This document shows, piece by piece, positions 26,361 through 39,600 of a stretch of DNA of 64,000 nucleotides. The translations under genes and the position numbers were made by a program. The stretch is taken from NCBI RefSeq assembly GCF_036321535.1, contig NC_087436.1, forward strand, positions 60,204,001 to 60,268,000. The letters are read 5' to 3'. The DNA comes from Camelus dromedarius. Its lineage: Eukaryota. The notes under the pieces are model-generated. The model worked only from the letters and a program-made list of their open reading frames with translations. It searched no databases and was not told the DNA's origin. Within the stretch, counting starts at the first letter, position 1; each line of letters starts with the position of its first letter.

Positions 26361-27102
26361 TACAGATACCCTATAATCAAATTCAAATACAATATGTAGA
26401 TGAAGATAATCTCTCCTTCAAAACCATATAGCTTTTTATTTACATTCCGACGGCATTTACAATTTATTTAATGCAGTAGGGTATATGGTGTATTTGTCAT
26501 AACTACTTCCTTAGAACACAAGCCTATCAATGTCAGATACCTGTGTAGTTCCTGTTGGTATTTTTCACAATGCCTTATACATTGTAAAAATAGAATAACT
26601 GCTTAATATTGAATAACTGAACAAATGGAAAAAATCAATTTATGTAATTATCTCCTAGAATCAATTGTTTTCATAAAAATATAAAATGATTATCTAAGTA
26701 TTCTCTCCACTTACATTCTTTGCACCATGAGTCTTCTTAATCACACAAAATATTCTGAAACTCTGTTAATGCATTCTAAATTTTTAAGATTTAAAAGCAT
26801 TAAGAGAATATACTAAATATTAAATGCTTATTAATTTGTTTTGTAGCTTCAATATTTGTATCCCATTTTAAATGATTGGTTTAAATTTTAAATTATGGGA
26901 AAATATCCCAATGGTAGATTTTATAAACCCTATAGAATCACTTTAAAATTAAATATTTTCAAACAATTAGATATTAAACATCTTGTATCTAAATAAACAG
27001 TTCCTAAATTGAACATTATAAATATACCTTTTTGTAGAAACCCTGTATCATGTTTTTTAAATAATTCTAAAATATAGTAGTGAGAATATATTAAAATGCT
27101 AC

Positions 27103-27222
27103 CTGGACAATTTTGCCTCTGTTGGCTTTCATTATTCCGTTTCTTTTATTCACTATCATTTCGTTTTGCATAAGTACAATTTCCTTAGATACATTTGAAA
27201 GTGTTCCAGGCACGGTTTCCAT
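27103..27222 (-). CDS. Candidate unannotated coding exon, 40 codons METVPGTLSNVSKEIVLMQNEMIVNKRNGIMKANRGKIVQ (hypothetical)
   Basis: ATAATGG Kozak (A-3, G+4), in-frame TGA two codons upstream, open frame to CAG|GTAGCA in phase 0. Non-repetitive and on the host-gene strand. Confidence 0.3.
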
Positions 27223-28717
27223 TATTCAGCGATAGGAGGACTTTAGTTCTAATTGCTTTGACAGCTTTGCTTTAAATCTTTCATATTCTCATTCATGCTA
27301 ATCAACCGAGCAAGTCTTTGTCAACCCAGAGCATGGCTGTGGAACATTTTATTAAATCAAATGCTTTACTTTTGTGAGGAGGGGGAAAAAATGAATGCTT
27401 ATCCATTCAATAAGACTTTAATGATGATATTTTAAATAAACTCTAACCATAAAACAATAAAATAATACCAAAATGATAAGAAATATTGGCTATGTATATG
27501 TTTACTGAACTAAAAACTATTTAGATCCTTAAATAGACAAGTTATTAAAGCCATCTATACATAAATACTAAACCTACACACTACATCACATGTGTTTTCT
27601 ATAAAGATACTTAGCTCGAGTAAACCTGGCTTACTTTTTAAGAGATTGCCCTTTCTTTTTAATACAGTGTCCTATACATGAAAAGATCATGATGGTCAGA
27701 ATTGGTTTTAACAACACACTGCTGATTACATTTAGAACATTGACAGGATGAAGAAGATGAGTAAGTTACAAGTACAAATAAATGTTTTTACATTCAGAAC
27801 ACTTCACAAGACAGTAATCTTTTTTTAAAAAAAGGTGAATTTCTACATATACATAATTGGTCATGGATCATGAATCTCTTTCATTTAAAGTGGCAATAGG
27901 CAGGACTGAAAACATGTGTCCCCACCAATAAGCAATAATTTACTAGAAATGTGTGAAACTTCACATTTTTTCCACACCTGAAAGTAACATTACTATGGGC
28001 TACCTATTCAAAAAGGACAGAAAAATAAATTTAAAATAAAAATTAATTTTGATTTTTAGTTAGTCCTTTGAAAAATTGGAACACAGCTCAGAAAGTCAGC
28101 TTAAACACTGATGACTTCAGACTTTCTTACAGTGTTGTCCTATCTATAAAGTTTCTGATACTACACTGAAAAACACAGTAATTCATTTTAATAACACAGA
28201 CAAATCAAATATGAAAAATATTTTCCCCTTCATTGAATGTTTCTTTTTTTCTACATCACTAAGTGTTTTAAACAAAGTTCAAAATAATTTCAAGATCAAT
28301 AGATTTGTAATAAAATTTTTGTTTATGATTTTGAAAAAATTATCTAAAGTTTCATGGTTTAATTTACTATGAACATTTTTCCAAGACTGTCATATAGAAT
28401 ACAAAATTATTCATTAGTTCATTTCTAATTCAGTTAGTTCCTTCTCTGTCCCAAAGATGAGCACATGTTTAAGAATCACTCATTGCTGGGCCTGAATAGA
28501 AGGTACAGCAGACATTTACTTGTCATTTCCCAGCCGATGCTGTGTTAATAGCACTACCTCAAACATACATTGGAGTCAACTGCATTCTTTAATTACCAAA
28601 GAAAAAGTAGTAAACAATTTCACCATTACTTTTGAAAGGGCCACAAATGGCTTGCATTTACAAGACAAAATATGAAAATGTTTACGAAGAAAACTACAGT
28701 TAGGCTCCATGTCTGAA

Positions 28718-28950
28718 CAGTGAAGAAGTTAAGAGCATGGATTCCGGGCTCTACCGCATGAATTGGCCCCTGCTCTTCTACATTCTATGTGAAGTTGGCC
28801 TATTTACCTGACCTCAGTGTCCTCATCTGTAAAACAAGCAAATTATCATCAATCTGTCTGGTTATTGTAAGGACTAAATGAGTTAATATGTGTAACATAC
28901 ATACCAGTGGCTGGTAAGTACTAAAAGTGCTATCAGTATTGACTATCATC
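28718..28950 (+). mobile_element. MIR SINE
   Basis: GTTAAGAGCATGGATTC...CCTCAGTGTCCTCATCTGTAAAAC...GGTTATTGTAAGGACTAAATGAGTTAATATGTG. Confidence 0.85.
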
Positions 28951-30354
28951 TGCTATCATAAATATTATTGGATTTCTGAAATAGATGCCGCAAGATGCCA
29001 CAAGAAGCATAAAGTTCTTATAAAATCAAAATGCCTTTCACATTCTAAAGTATATTTCATTACTCACATCTTTTATTAAGCACATGATCTACTTGTAAAA
29101 CAAAGCAACCAGAAACATGACTCAAGAAATCAAAAGACAGTACTCCTATTCCTGTGCCCTATGAGAGGAAAACAGATGTACAGATATGTTTGGATTAGAG
29201 GCTCAGTTGACAGCATGAGAGAACGTGATAGAGGAAGAAACTGGTTTGCTAAAGCCAGAATCACGAATTAACAGAGAGGTCAAAGGAAATACATTTAATT
29301 TCCAATCCTCAGGTGTGTCCATTGCAAAGCCAAAATTAAAACAACTGTCCAGTGAGGTTCAAATGAGACAGTCTGGGAAAGCAATTCATAGACTAAAACT
29401 TCTCCTGAGGGATGCTGTGGTTGTAGTGGTTATTGCAGGCAGATAGATTCCTACCTCTGTGATTCTCTCTAATCAAAAAGTCCTTCATTCCATGACCAGG
29501 AGCATATCTGTACCAACCCTGCACTATAAAACTACATTTTTTACAGAATATGCATTCCTTTGTGCACTTTTTTTTAATATGTTGTCAACTCAAGTACATT
29601 AACACTGCAAAAGATTTGTACATTTCTTTTTTTTTTCTGACTGAATATTTTCAAGAAACTAATACTGAGTTTTTCAAAGTAAATCCATGGACACTCTAGG
29701 TGATCTACTAACTACGAGAACTTACAAATACTATTTCTTTGTTTATGCACATATAATTATTTGAGGGAAAAAAGAAGGACCATTAGTTTCCTCACCTCCC
29801 AAACAGTGCTTGTAATTTAAAAAGTTAAATTACTAAAATTCACTCTTGAAACAATCTTCTAATAATGATCTTGCTCAAAATTAATCACATTCTAATCTAC
29901 ACATCACAAGTTCACAATCACATGTAGTATTATTTTTCTTTGAATGAAGTCACTTTAGTATATCCAATGGAATGGCATTTCTGTTTTGCAATATAAATGT
30001 GAAAATTATTTTAAATATTTGTGTTTGCTGATGTAGTCACTTCACTTTCAAACCTGAAATAATTTTGTCATGGAGTTTTAGGACTTTAAGCCTCTTGCTT
30101 CCAGTACACTGATTTCTTCTAATACTAATGGTTTTGAAGCATGTATTCAAGAAAATTATTTTTTTCAAAATAATCTGTATTAGCCTCTTAGGTGCTTAAA
30201 CATTGCCAACATTACTTGTATACCTATAGGTACTAAATGCATATTTTAATAAGCCAGAAATAACTTCTGACTTATAAAGAATTTTAAATGTAATACTTTA
30301 TCTGATATAATAAGCAGTTACATAAGATGAGAAGAAATAACAAGCTATTACACC

Positions 30355-30530
30355 CCATACAAGCTGTTTAATCCTTAACAAATTAATTTTTATATGCCTC
30401 AATTTTTACAAACAAAAATGGAAATTATAAAGAACCTATCTCTTTGAGTTGCCATGAGAAATGAGAGCATGAAAATTGAGCACTTAGCACTGTGCCTCGC
30501 ACTTAAAAGGTACTCAATAACTGTTAAGTT
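30355..30530 (+). mobile_element. MIR SINE (diverged)
   Basis: TGCCTCAATTTTT...AAAATGGAAATTATAAAGAACCTATCTC...GCACTTAGCACTGTGCC...TACTCAATAACTGTTA. Confidence 0.75.
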
Positions 30531-33500
30531 TCTAAGTTTGTAAATAGTCTTGAAAATACATAAAAATAGTAAGTAAATAAATCATTGAGTAAATAAATAA
30601 AGCAACTAAGAAAATAAATAGATAAAATGACCAAAATACAAGTAGTAGCCTAAAGACAATTAAAAGAAACACTATGGTTTAACTTCATAAATTATTGAGA
30701 TCATGAAAATGAATATTTACCTATATGTTAAAGACTTTTACAAGGATATCTTAGTGTCTTAAAAGGGAAGTAATCTGATTTTTCAGAGATTAATAGTAGC
30801 ATTGATGCCTATTTGAGAAGAGTCAAATACACAGAGTATGGCCAAAGTAGTGTCACATCCTCAAGTTAAGGAAAACTGATCATCTTCCAGTAACTTACTT
30901 TAAAAAGCATGCTGTTCTAATAGATGTATTATCCTTTGGATAAATAATCATCAACTATTAAGGTATTCTATAAACATCATCTGATCACATCAAAACTAGC
31001 TAATATAAAGTTACACTAATCTTAGCCAATTTCAGTAACAGTTAAAAGTTAGCAAAATTACTACTAAATTAATCTAACTCCACCTCTATCTTTTATTATT
31101 TAACTCACTTTTTTTTTGTGGTCTATTCCTTGAACCACATACAAGCTGTTGGACCAAACTTAGAAAGGATGGTAACTGGTTTTCCAGACAAAATCAAAAG
31201 AAGTAAGTACTGTAGGACAGATGATTTTAAGAGGGGAGAAAATGATCTAAAGATTATACACTTATCATTTATTAAATTTAAACATGAGAAAAAGCATAAT
31301 ATGGGAAAGGTATTATTTTACACTCGATAAAAATTTAAAGACACTTTACATATTAAAATATTCCTCTGATCTATTCTTGCACTCTAGATTAAAATTCTAC
31401 ATCTGTGTTGTATAACTTTGGTCCCACTTTTCAAAAGACTAGAAATGCAGGAATGTAAAAAAGGAGGTTATAGAATTATATATCAAAAGAAGAGCAGTAC
31501 TTATCTCTCTTATTCTTGCTCATCAGAACTTCAGTTGAATATTTCATTTGAAACATATTTTCCATTTAAAGTTTGTTTTCTGTTTAAGTCTTGGGAGAGG
31601 TAAGAATGTTACTTTCTAGATACCTCGTAGCAATTAGCTTTCAGCAAATGCCAACTACAAAGCTATATAATAGTGTTTCACAAATTATTTCAGGACGTCT
31701 ATCACCTCTTTCATATTGTCAATGTCACAAGAAAAAATGCACCCTAAGAAAATGCCTGTGAATTCATGGATCATCATAATATGAAAACTCTGGTCTTATT
31801 TTTAATTTTTATAATCTGTAGAATTTTATTTTATTTTTGTGTTTATTGTTTATAATTGACGAAGCTAAATTTTATTGCTAGGGTTAAAAATGTCCAAAGG
31901 ATGCTGTTTTAGCTCCAGGGGTAAAGATTTCCAAAGGAAAAATATGTAAGTATGATTATCAGACAGTTCGCAGATAGAAAATATAGCAATACAGTCAAAA
32001 CAATAATGAAACATCTGTAACATGATCTTTAAGACAATGATTGCATAAAGATCACGTTCCTTTAACTGTCTACACATATATCTAGTTCCTATATCCACAG
32101 ATTGTGAATTTGAAAAACAAAACCACTTTTAGTTCAATAGATCTTGAAATGCTAAATATAGACCATCAGCCCAAGTCTATGGACAATGTGAATCCAAGTA
32201 CAAGTGCAGAGCATAAAACTAAAGAGAACATTGGTACAGGAATGGACTTTTATTTTAAATGCAATAACATATAACACAAAAGGCAGGCAGAACTACAATT
32301 ACTGTTTCTTTTATCCTTCCTAGTTTTACTTAATAATGTTACTCTTTAATTATTTAAGCATGATTTTGATTATCTGGCATTCTACATTGACTTAGTTGGG
32401 GTGACCCTATGCATAAAAAATGATGTATTTTGTTTGTTAAACTGGAAAGGTGCTCTACTCTCAGATTTTTATTTGAAATCTAATCCAGGTCTATGAGATC
32501 AGAATATTTTAAAGGTAGAAAGTAACAAAGAACAGGATTAGCATTTCAACTGTCATCTACAAAGCAATTTTTTAAATACTTTATAATATTACTTGATACT
32601 ATGGAAGCTTATTGGCCACCAGACATTTTTTTTAAATCAAACTTGTATGTAGCCAGAAAATAGATTTTATTCACTAAAGTAAATGTAATAATGGTCCTAA
32701 AACTTTGCAGAAATATTACTCAGGCAGTAATTAATTTAGATCAGTTGATTCCTTTGGTTGATTTTTAAAATGTTAGATCATAATAGTTTAATTATTGGAT
32801 GATACAAAAAAGTATGTAACTGATCAAAATGAATAAATGGGACATCTGAAATCAAAAAGGAGAAACTAAGGCTTAAAATAAAATACTTTAAATGAAATGT
32901 TTCCACAGGCATATTAGTGATTACAATAGTCTGGATATCTGAAATTGGTTCCATGTGATTGTGGTGTATAGCAAGCATAAAAATCCTATGCGATCATACT
33001 GCATTCTCTAAGCACTCTAAGTTGCCATTGTCACCTAAGAATCTAGTTGGCATTTCATGCCTGAAATAATGACTAGATATGCTGTAATCACATTCTACTA
33101 CTTCACTTCTTTTCCATCACTACTTAAACAAGCAAATTTTACTCAGTGCTTCACTACGTGCATCGATTAAGTCAGAATCCACATTCACAAAAACTTCAAC
33201 TAACATACCCGAGGCAGTGGCAGCGAAGCCATTATTAATAGTTGTGGGATGAATGTTACAAGAGGTATATGGGGATCCACATGCATTCGACTTAATGATG
33301 TCTCACTTAAAATAACCTAGTCACCTACATGTCATATTAAATGGGCAACAGTAAAGATGTCATTGATGAGCTTTGAAATTACAGTTAATCCAATGAATAG
33401 TAGAGATGGCCTTCTGCAATAAAATTGCTCTGGCAACAATGTGATCATCACCTAGGCAAAGTATGGCAGCAAGTTCAGGAAAGCTGAGATATACTCAAGT

Positions 33501-33568
33501 GAAATTTTAAGAAACAAATTCCAACTGTTAAGTCTTAGAAGAAAAAGCAATAGATGGAGTAACTTGAC

Positions 33569-33616
33569 AAGTAGTTTCTATCTTTCACTAAAAAAAAAAA
33601 AAGTAGTTTCTGTCTT
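33569..33616 (+). mobile_element. Micro-insertion (TCACT + A11) between 16-bp direct repeats
   Basis: AAGTAGTTTCTATCTT (33569-33584), TCACT-A11, AAGTAGTTTCTGTCTT (33601-33616). The repeats match 15/16. Confidence 0.7.
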
Positions 33617-34059
33617 AGAACTTGGATGCTGGGCCTTATAAGCAATGGGTACACAAAGAAGTGTTTAGGGGATGCAATATGAAAAGAATCTGCAGTTGTC
33701 TCACATGTATTAAGGATGCCAGCAAACTGACAGCAAACATGGACCTGGGAAACAGCTCAGAACTGTGACTGTGGACAATTAGTTCACAGCTTTCTGAGCA
33801 TCAGTTTATTCTCCTGTAAAATGAACAAGTACTTTTTTTTTTTTTACTGTATATTAAATTTAGCAGCTAATATAGTTTCTTTCCATTCACGATTTTAAAA
33901 AATGCTGCACTGAATGGTTTTTAAAAATGTATTCTGATGCATAAGTGCAAGAATATCTTTAATGTAAAACTTAAGAATGGAACTTCTTGATCATTGACTC
34001 TTCACATCTTCAACTTTACTAGATATTATGGAAGTGGTAATGACTTACATGTTTATAAT

Positions 34060-34600
34060 GATGTACAATCTCATGAGAAATGCATACTAGTAATACTCTG
34101 CATTCCTACCAAAACCTAGTAGTGCCAAGCCTTAATTTTCATTATTATGAGTGCTATGAAATGACAGTCCACTGTTTTAGTTTCCATCTCCCTAATTATT
34201 AATAAGATGAGCATATTTTCACACTTTCCAGTGAGTTTCCTCTTTTATAAGCTGCCAGTATTTATGTTTTACTCTACTTTTTTCTGTTGGGCAGTTAGTC
34301 ATACTATTGTTGTGTTGTGGGCTTTCCTTAAGTATTCTGGGTTATATTTCTTGTAAATATTGTGTTGCCTTTGATTTGTTTGTTCACTCAGTTTATGGTG
34401 TTCAATTTTGATGTTCAAATATTCTTAACTTTAATAAAAATATCAATATTTTCCTCCAAATTTGTCAGTTATTTATTTTAGATTTTTCCTTTTAGGGCCT
34501 GGTTTCAAGTCATCCTTCTTACCCAAATAATAAGTAAAAATTAAGTAATAAAAATAGTGTTCTCTACTTCTTTAAGCTTTTAGGCTTTGTGTGTTTAAAA
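34060..34600 (-). mobile_element. Ancient L1 (L1ME-like) ORF2 fragment
   Basis: CATTCCTACCA...TTTCCATCTCCCTAATTATTAATAAGATGAGCATATTTTCA...TTCACTCAGTTTATGGTGT. Confidence 0.7.
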
Positions 34601-34829
34601 CTTTTTGCAATTTCTAGAAGATGTAAACAAGAAATTCTGGGGCCTAAAATATTTTTCTTTCCACAATAGATTTAATAAAAGTGTATAAAACAAATACATA
34701 AGCCACAAATTTCAATAGATTTACAGGAAATGTGGTGATAAAAGTGATACACATAGAAAAAAAAAACTGACTCATTCTAGGAAGAATATCTAAGTTCAGT
34801 TGTTAAAAAATACAGAAAAGAAAGAAAAA

Positions 34830-35432
34830 TTCATTTATCTATTTATCCATTCATGCAAATAAAACTCAGTGAATGAATTACTTCTATATATAATATGTAT
34901 TACACTTCTTATATGTATATATTAATACCTGCTATGTATGTGTGCGTGTTTGTGTATGTTTTCAAGCTTGCTAGAAAATAAGAATACAAATATGGGAATA
35001 AATAAACACAATCTCTGTTCTCATGGAGCAGTCTAAGAAAAAGAAAAGTATTATCCAAATAATCTCATGAATAATTGTAAAATAACAGCTACCTTAAGTC
35101 TTACAAAAGAAAGGTACATGGTGCTGTGTGAGACTAAAATAATAAAAAGAAATGATGCTTGAGTTGAGAGATAAAGCTTGGGAAGAAAATGGCTAAATAA
35201 AGCTTGAATAAGAGAGCATTCCAGGCAGAGAGAGGAAAATGCACAAAGGTCACAGTTACTTCTTATTGTCTCTCTTCCTCCTGATCCACAGATCCAAGTA
35301 AGCAATAGAACCACCGTCACACACAATTTTGACTTAGTCTCCTGTGTACTCAAAAGTAAATCTTGTTCATTTTTCATATACCCAACATTAGCACAGAGTT
35401 GATGTTCAATAAATATTGAATTATTTGAACGA
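34830..35432. mobile_element. Two L2 3'-end fragments in opposite orientations
   Basis: Minus copy: CATTTATCTATTTATCCATTC...CTCATGGAGC...AGCATTCCAGGCAGAG. Plus copy: AGCACAGAG...TTCAATAAATATTGAAT. Confidence 0.65.
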
Positions 35433-36959
35433 AACGTCCTCAATTCCTGGTGTTGCAATATGTGTTCTTTCATTCTGAAAAACTGGACAATAAATAGGAG
35501 TTTACAACTCTCAAAAATAGGGTTTTGCAGAAACACTCAAAATCTATGCCCTTACAACAAAAAGTTTTACATAAAACCAAAATAATTTTTACCCTGTATG
35601 CCTAAAAGGACATGTAGAATTTCTTATCAAAAAAGAAGTAATACAGGAAATATACATACATATACATAAGCTTTTTCCTTTAAAAAGAAAAAAGGAGAAA
35701 GTAGATTGATTAAAAGGGTATCCCTCTATTGTATTTTGCATTTGCCTGCCTTAGTATACTTTGCTTGCAGCTCTAATTACTTGGTAAAGCTAAATATTAA
35801 TATGCTGAGTGAAAATCATACATTACCCAACTTCTGCATTTTACTAACATAATTCTCCTATTTACCAGTCTTGTAGGAGCTAATTCACACTACAAATTCT
35901 GGTACAAATGCATTGTACCAGAACAGACTGTACTTAATTGTCTAGTGCCAACTAGGTGTTGCTTGCAACTCAGAGTGCAGCAAAGGAAACTCCCCAGGCG
36001 GTTTAAAGTTGTCATGGAAGGTTTCATGGAGTCAGGACTGTTACTGACAGCAGAGATCTGCATAAACAGAAAGCATGAAATGCACATACTGTGCGTGAGA
36101 GAGTGCTCTAAGTTACATGACCTTAACAAAGTGGAAGATCTATGTTTGAACTAGCAAGGTGTGGTGAGTTTACAGAGGGCCCCAAAAGTCAGGCAGACAA
36201 GTTCATATTCATTGAATAATAAAATAGAAATAAAATACAGTTTTTAGAAGGAGAAACTGCTATGAGAAAACACTCATTTGGATGCAGTAAAGAAAATGTT
36301 TATTGCTCTGTACTATAGAAAGTATAAGATTATCAATAAAACATGACAGCCCACTTGTCAGACCTGTTTGAGAATATATTTGAGTATATATTGAATCACC
36401 TTTGCATAGGTTGAATACAAATACAAATCTTTTAATGTGCTAAAATGAATGTATGCGTGGCCAACATTGTCTAAATGAGGTTGACCTGCAGTGGGCAAGC
36501 ATACTTTCATAATCCAATTTTACATATGAGTCATCCTTAAACTAATAAGCATAGTAACTTGGCATATTAACCTTTGACATGATTTTTTTTATTGCTCATG
36601 GGGGAAATGACATTAAATTGACGGGACTGAAAAATGCAAATTTCTGCTCTGCATATTTACTTATCATGCAGTCATCTATTATACTTGTGGCTCTTCCACT
36701 AGAATTAACACACTTAGAATCTGATTTAGCCTCTGTCATTCACTTTTTAAAATTATTCAATTGCCTAGCATTGTCTCTTGTACACAGTGCATGCTTAATA
36801 AATGATTACAAAATGTGTAAGGAACAAATGAATGACCCATGCCTACAAATAGGAACAAATGACCAATGCTAAAGTGTCTCTGACCAAAGGAAAAACATGT
36901 ATAAGTAAACTTATCATGTAAACAAGAAAAGGCTGGTTAACCTATTATCCCTCAGCCTC

Positions 36960-37325
36960 TGCGATGGTTAAATTGTATGTGACACTCTGGCTAGCTTATC
37001 TGTAGGCCCAATTGTTTGGTCAAGCATTAGTCTAGATGGTGCTGTGAAAAGTATTTTGTAGATATGATTAATGTCTATATCATTTGATTTAAATAATGTG
37101 AGTGGGTTTCAAGGAATCAGTGGAAGGCCTAAGAGCAAAACTGAAATTTCTTGGAAAAGAAGGAATCCTACCTAAGTTTCCAACCTGCTGGCCTGCCCTA
37201 TGGACTTCAGATTTGCCAGCCTCTACAATCACATGAGCTAGTTCCTTAAAATGAATCTTCTTGCAGATAGATCACATGGATACAAATACAACTGGTTGTT
37301 TTTCGGGAGGTCACTGACTGATTCA
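36960..37325 (+). mobile_element. Solo ERVL LTR, MLT2D-like
   Basis: TGCGATGGTTAAATTGTATGTG...TCTAGATGGTGCTGTGAA...CCTGCTGGCCTGCCCTATGGACTTCAGATTTGCCAGCC...CTGACTGATTCA. CCTCT at both flanks (36956-36960, 37326-37330). Confidence 0.9.
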
Positions 37326-39264
37326 CCTCTGCCCCTCAAAAAAAAAAAAAACAAAACCTAAAACTACCTATATTATTAGAAGAAATTTTTATAAGACAGA
37401 TCCCATTATAAAAAATTACATTACTACATACATATGTATGTTTTTATATGTACATATATAACAAGATTGATCCAAGTTTTGACTAATTTCAAATATTCTA
37501 GTAAAAACATTTAATTCAGTAATATTTGTACAGGCACTTAAATTGGTTTTGATGGGGGTGTAAACTGCATTATCTTCTGTTGAGAAAAAAATGTAATCAC
37601 AGCAGGCCCCCATCTTTTCACGACCACACTCTAAATCGGAGGCAATCATCACTTTTGGTCCCTAAGGGGTCCTAGGCTTGACCGAATGTTGAGGAGTCCT
37701 AGGGCTATGCTTACACAACACAAATGATTCACATGATTGCTAAAATTCACCTCTTTCTCCTAACAGTTATGTTATAAAATACCTAAATTGTGACACACAT
37801 CATAGGAACCCTCGAAACAGTTTTAAGGCAACTTTTCTTTTAGATGGACTAAACCCTAGTTTTTATAGGGAGTGTTTCATCTCTAGTTTTAGTAGAAAAT
37901 GACTCTAGTGGTTTCTAATCCATAAAATTAATGATAGTCACATTATCTGGTATAATTCTAAATCTTTAGCAAAGAAATTATTAGTTTTCTGAACTATGAG
38001 TTTATTTAAGATGGTTTCAGAAAATGTTTGCTTTATTCATCTTTTAACACATTTAAAATTATTTCTTTTACATCTATTTTTAATCCATATTATTTCTTTG
38101 AGTTATATAACTAGGTCTCCAAGAGTTAAAAATAACTAATATAGTTTTTCCATCTATGCTTCATAATTGAAACACTCCTGCTGGCAATAAGTGGAAGAAA
38201 AAAATAAAAACAGGAAAGAGAAACAGCATGACATACAAAATAGATAGTATGTATATTTCAAAAACATAAAAGGCAGAATTATAAAGTAAAATATCCCCCA
38301 CGAAAAGGCCACACAACCATTTCCTATGGTTCTTGCACTTGAAATACAGGGAATTTCTGACCAAAAGAAAAACTGTGGTACCTAAACTATTCTTGAACTG
38401 TCCTATAAGGGAAGATATAGACAGGTACACAACTCACCAACATCATGCAAAAGTGACCATTAAGTCAATACCACACCAGTGACAGGATGCCTTATGTGTA
38501 AATAAAAGAGTTTTTCTATAACGATGTAGTCACTTATAATCACACTGAACATTCAGAGTAGTGATACGTATGGGTGTGGAGAACTGAAAACAAGCACACT
38601 TGCTTTTATGGCGGTTCAGAAGTCACTAATATGGCTATAAGAAGACAGAGAAAAGAGATCTACCAAGTTCCAGTCTGGCCAAGGACCACGAATAATATGG
38701 ACACTGCAATTGGAAACTAAATGATAAGCTTCAGGGAGGAGAGAAACCGTATGTTTCATTAACCAATATATATATACAGGACCTAGTAACATTTGTTTAT
38801 TCAGTTAAAGAATTCTGCCAGCCTTACACAGCCTCCAATTTGCAGGCATTTCAAAATTTGGATCTGGGCTGTGGGAACTGAGAGGACATTTCCAATTCCA
38901 GAGGCCTTAGAGAATGAGTGTGGTGTGGATGGCTGGGATTCTTGTTTGAGGAAGTGACAAACCAGACTCTCCTTTGACCCCCATCCTTCGTATCGGCCTA
39001 TATTGTTGCTTCCTTAAATTCTGCTGATCCCCTAATTCCCATGGTATATATACTACAGTTTCTAGAGTTCCTCCAATCCTTTCATTTTTTGAAGACTTTT
39101 AGATGTTTTAGGATACTTGGTTCCATGTTAAGAACAAATTTTCAGTCCATGAAAAACCCATGGAGGGCAATATTCAAATTGAGCCTAGATGTGATTCAGG
39201 ACAGTGGCTAGCACTTGGAGTAGTTCACAGAAGGATGGGCAATATTCAAGTCACTCTTAAGCAG

Positions 39265-39600
39265 TATTCATTCATTTATCAATTACTGAGGATCTTCACA
39301 TCACTGATTTAGACAAGCAGCTTGAAAAAGAGAATAAAACACAAAATTACTGCCCTCATAGAGTTCACATTCTAGTGGGCATGAAGCACAAGCAAGCAAT
39401 GAATTATGATGCATTAAAGGGAGATTTCACAGTGATATACACAGGCTGTTACTGGAACTCAAAATAGGCTTCTTGCATGGGATTGAGGTAGTCCTCCTTG
39501 AATATACATTTGAATTGAGCCTTGAAGGACCCACTGAATAAACCAAATGGTGGAAGTTTCAGTCATTCCAAGTGAATGACGCAGCATCTGCAATGGCAGG
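39265..39600 (-). mobile_element. L2 fragment
   Basis: ATTCATTCATTTATC...TGCCCTCATAGAGTTCACATTCTAGTGGG...TTTGAATTGAGCCTTGAAGGA. Confidence 0.75.

Noticed and set aside
35051..35536. 161-aa minus-strand ORF
   Set aside because: Overlaps L2 fragments, starts at a non-ATG codon, and shows no recognisable domain.
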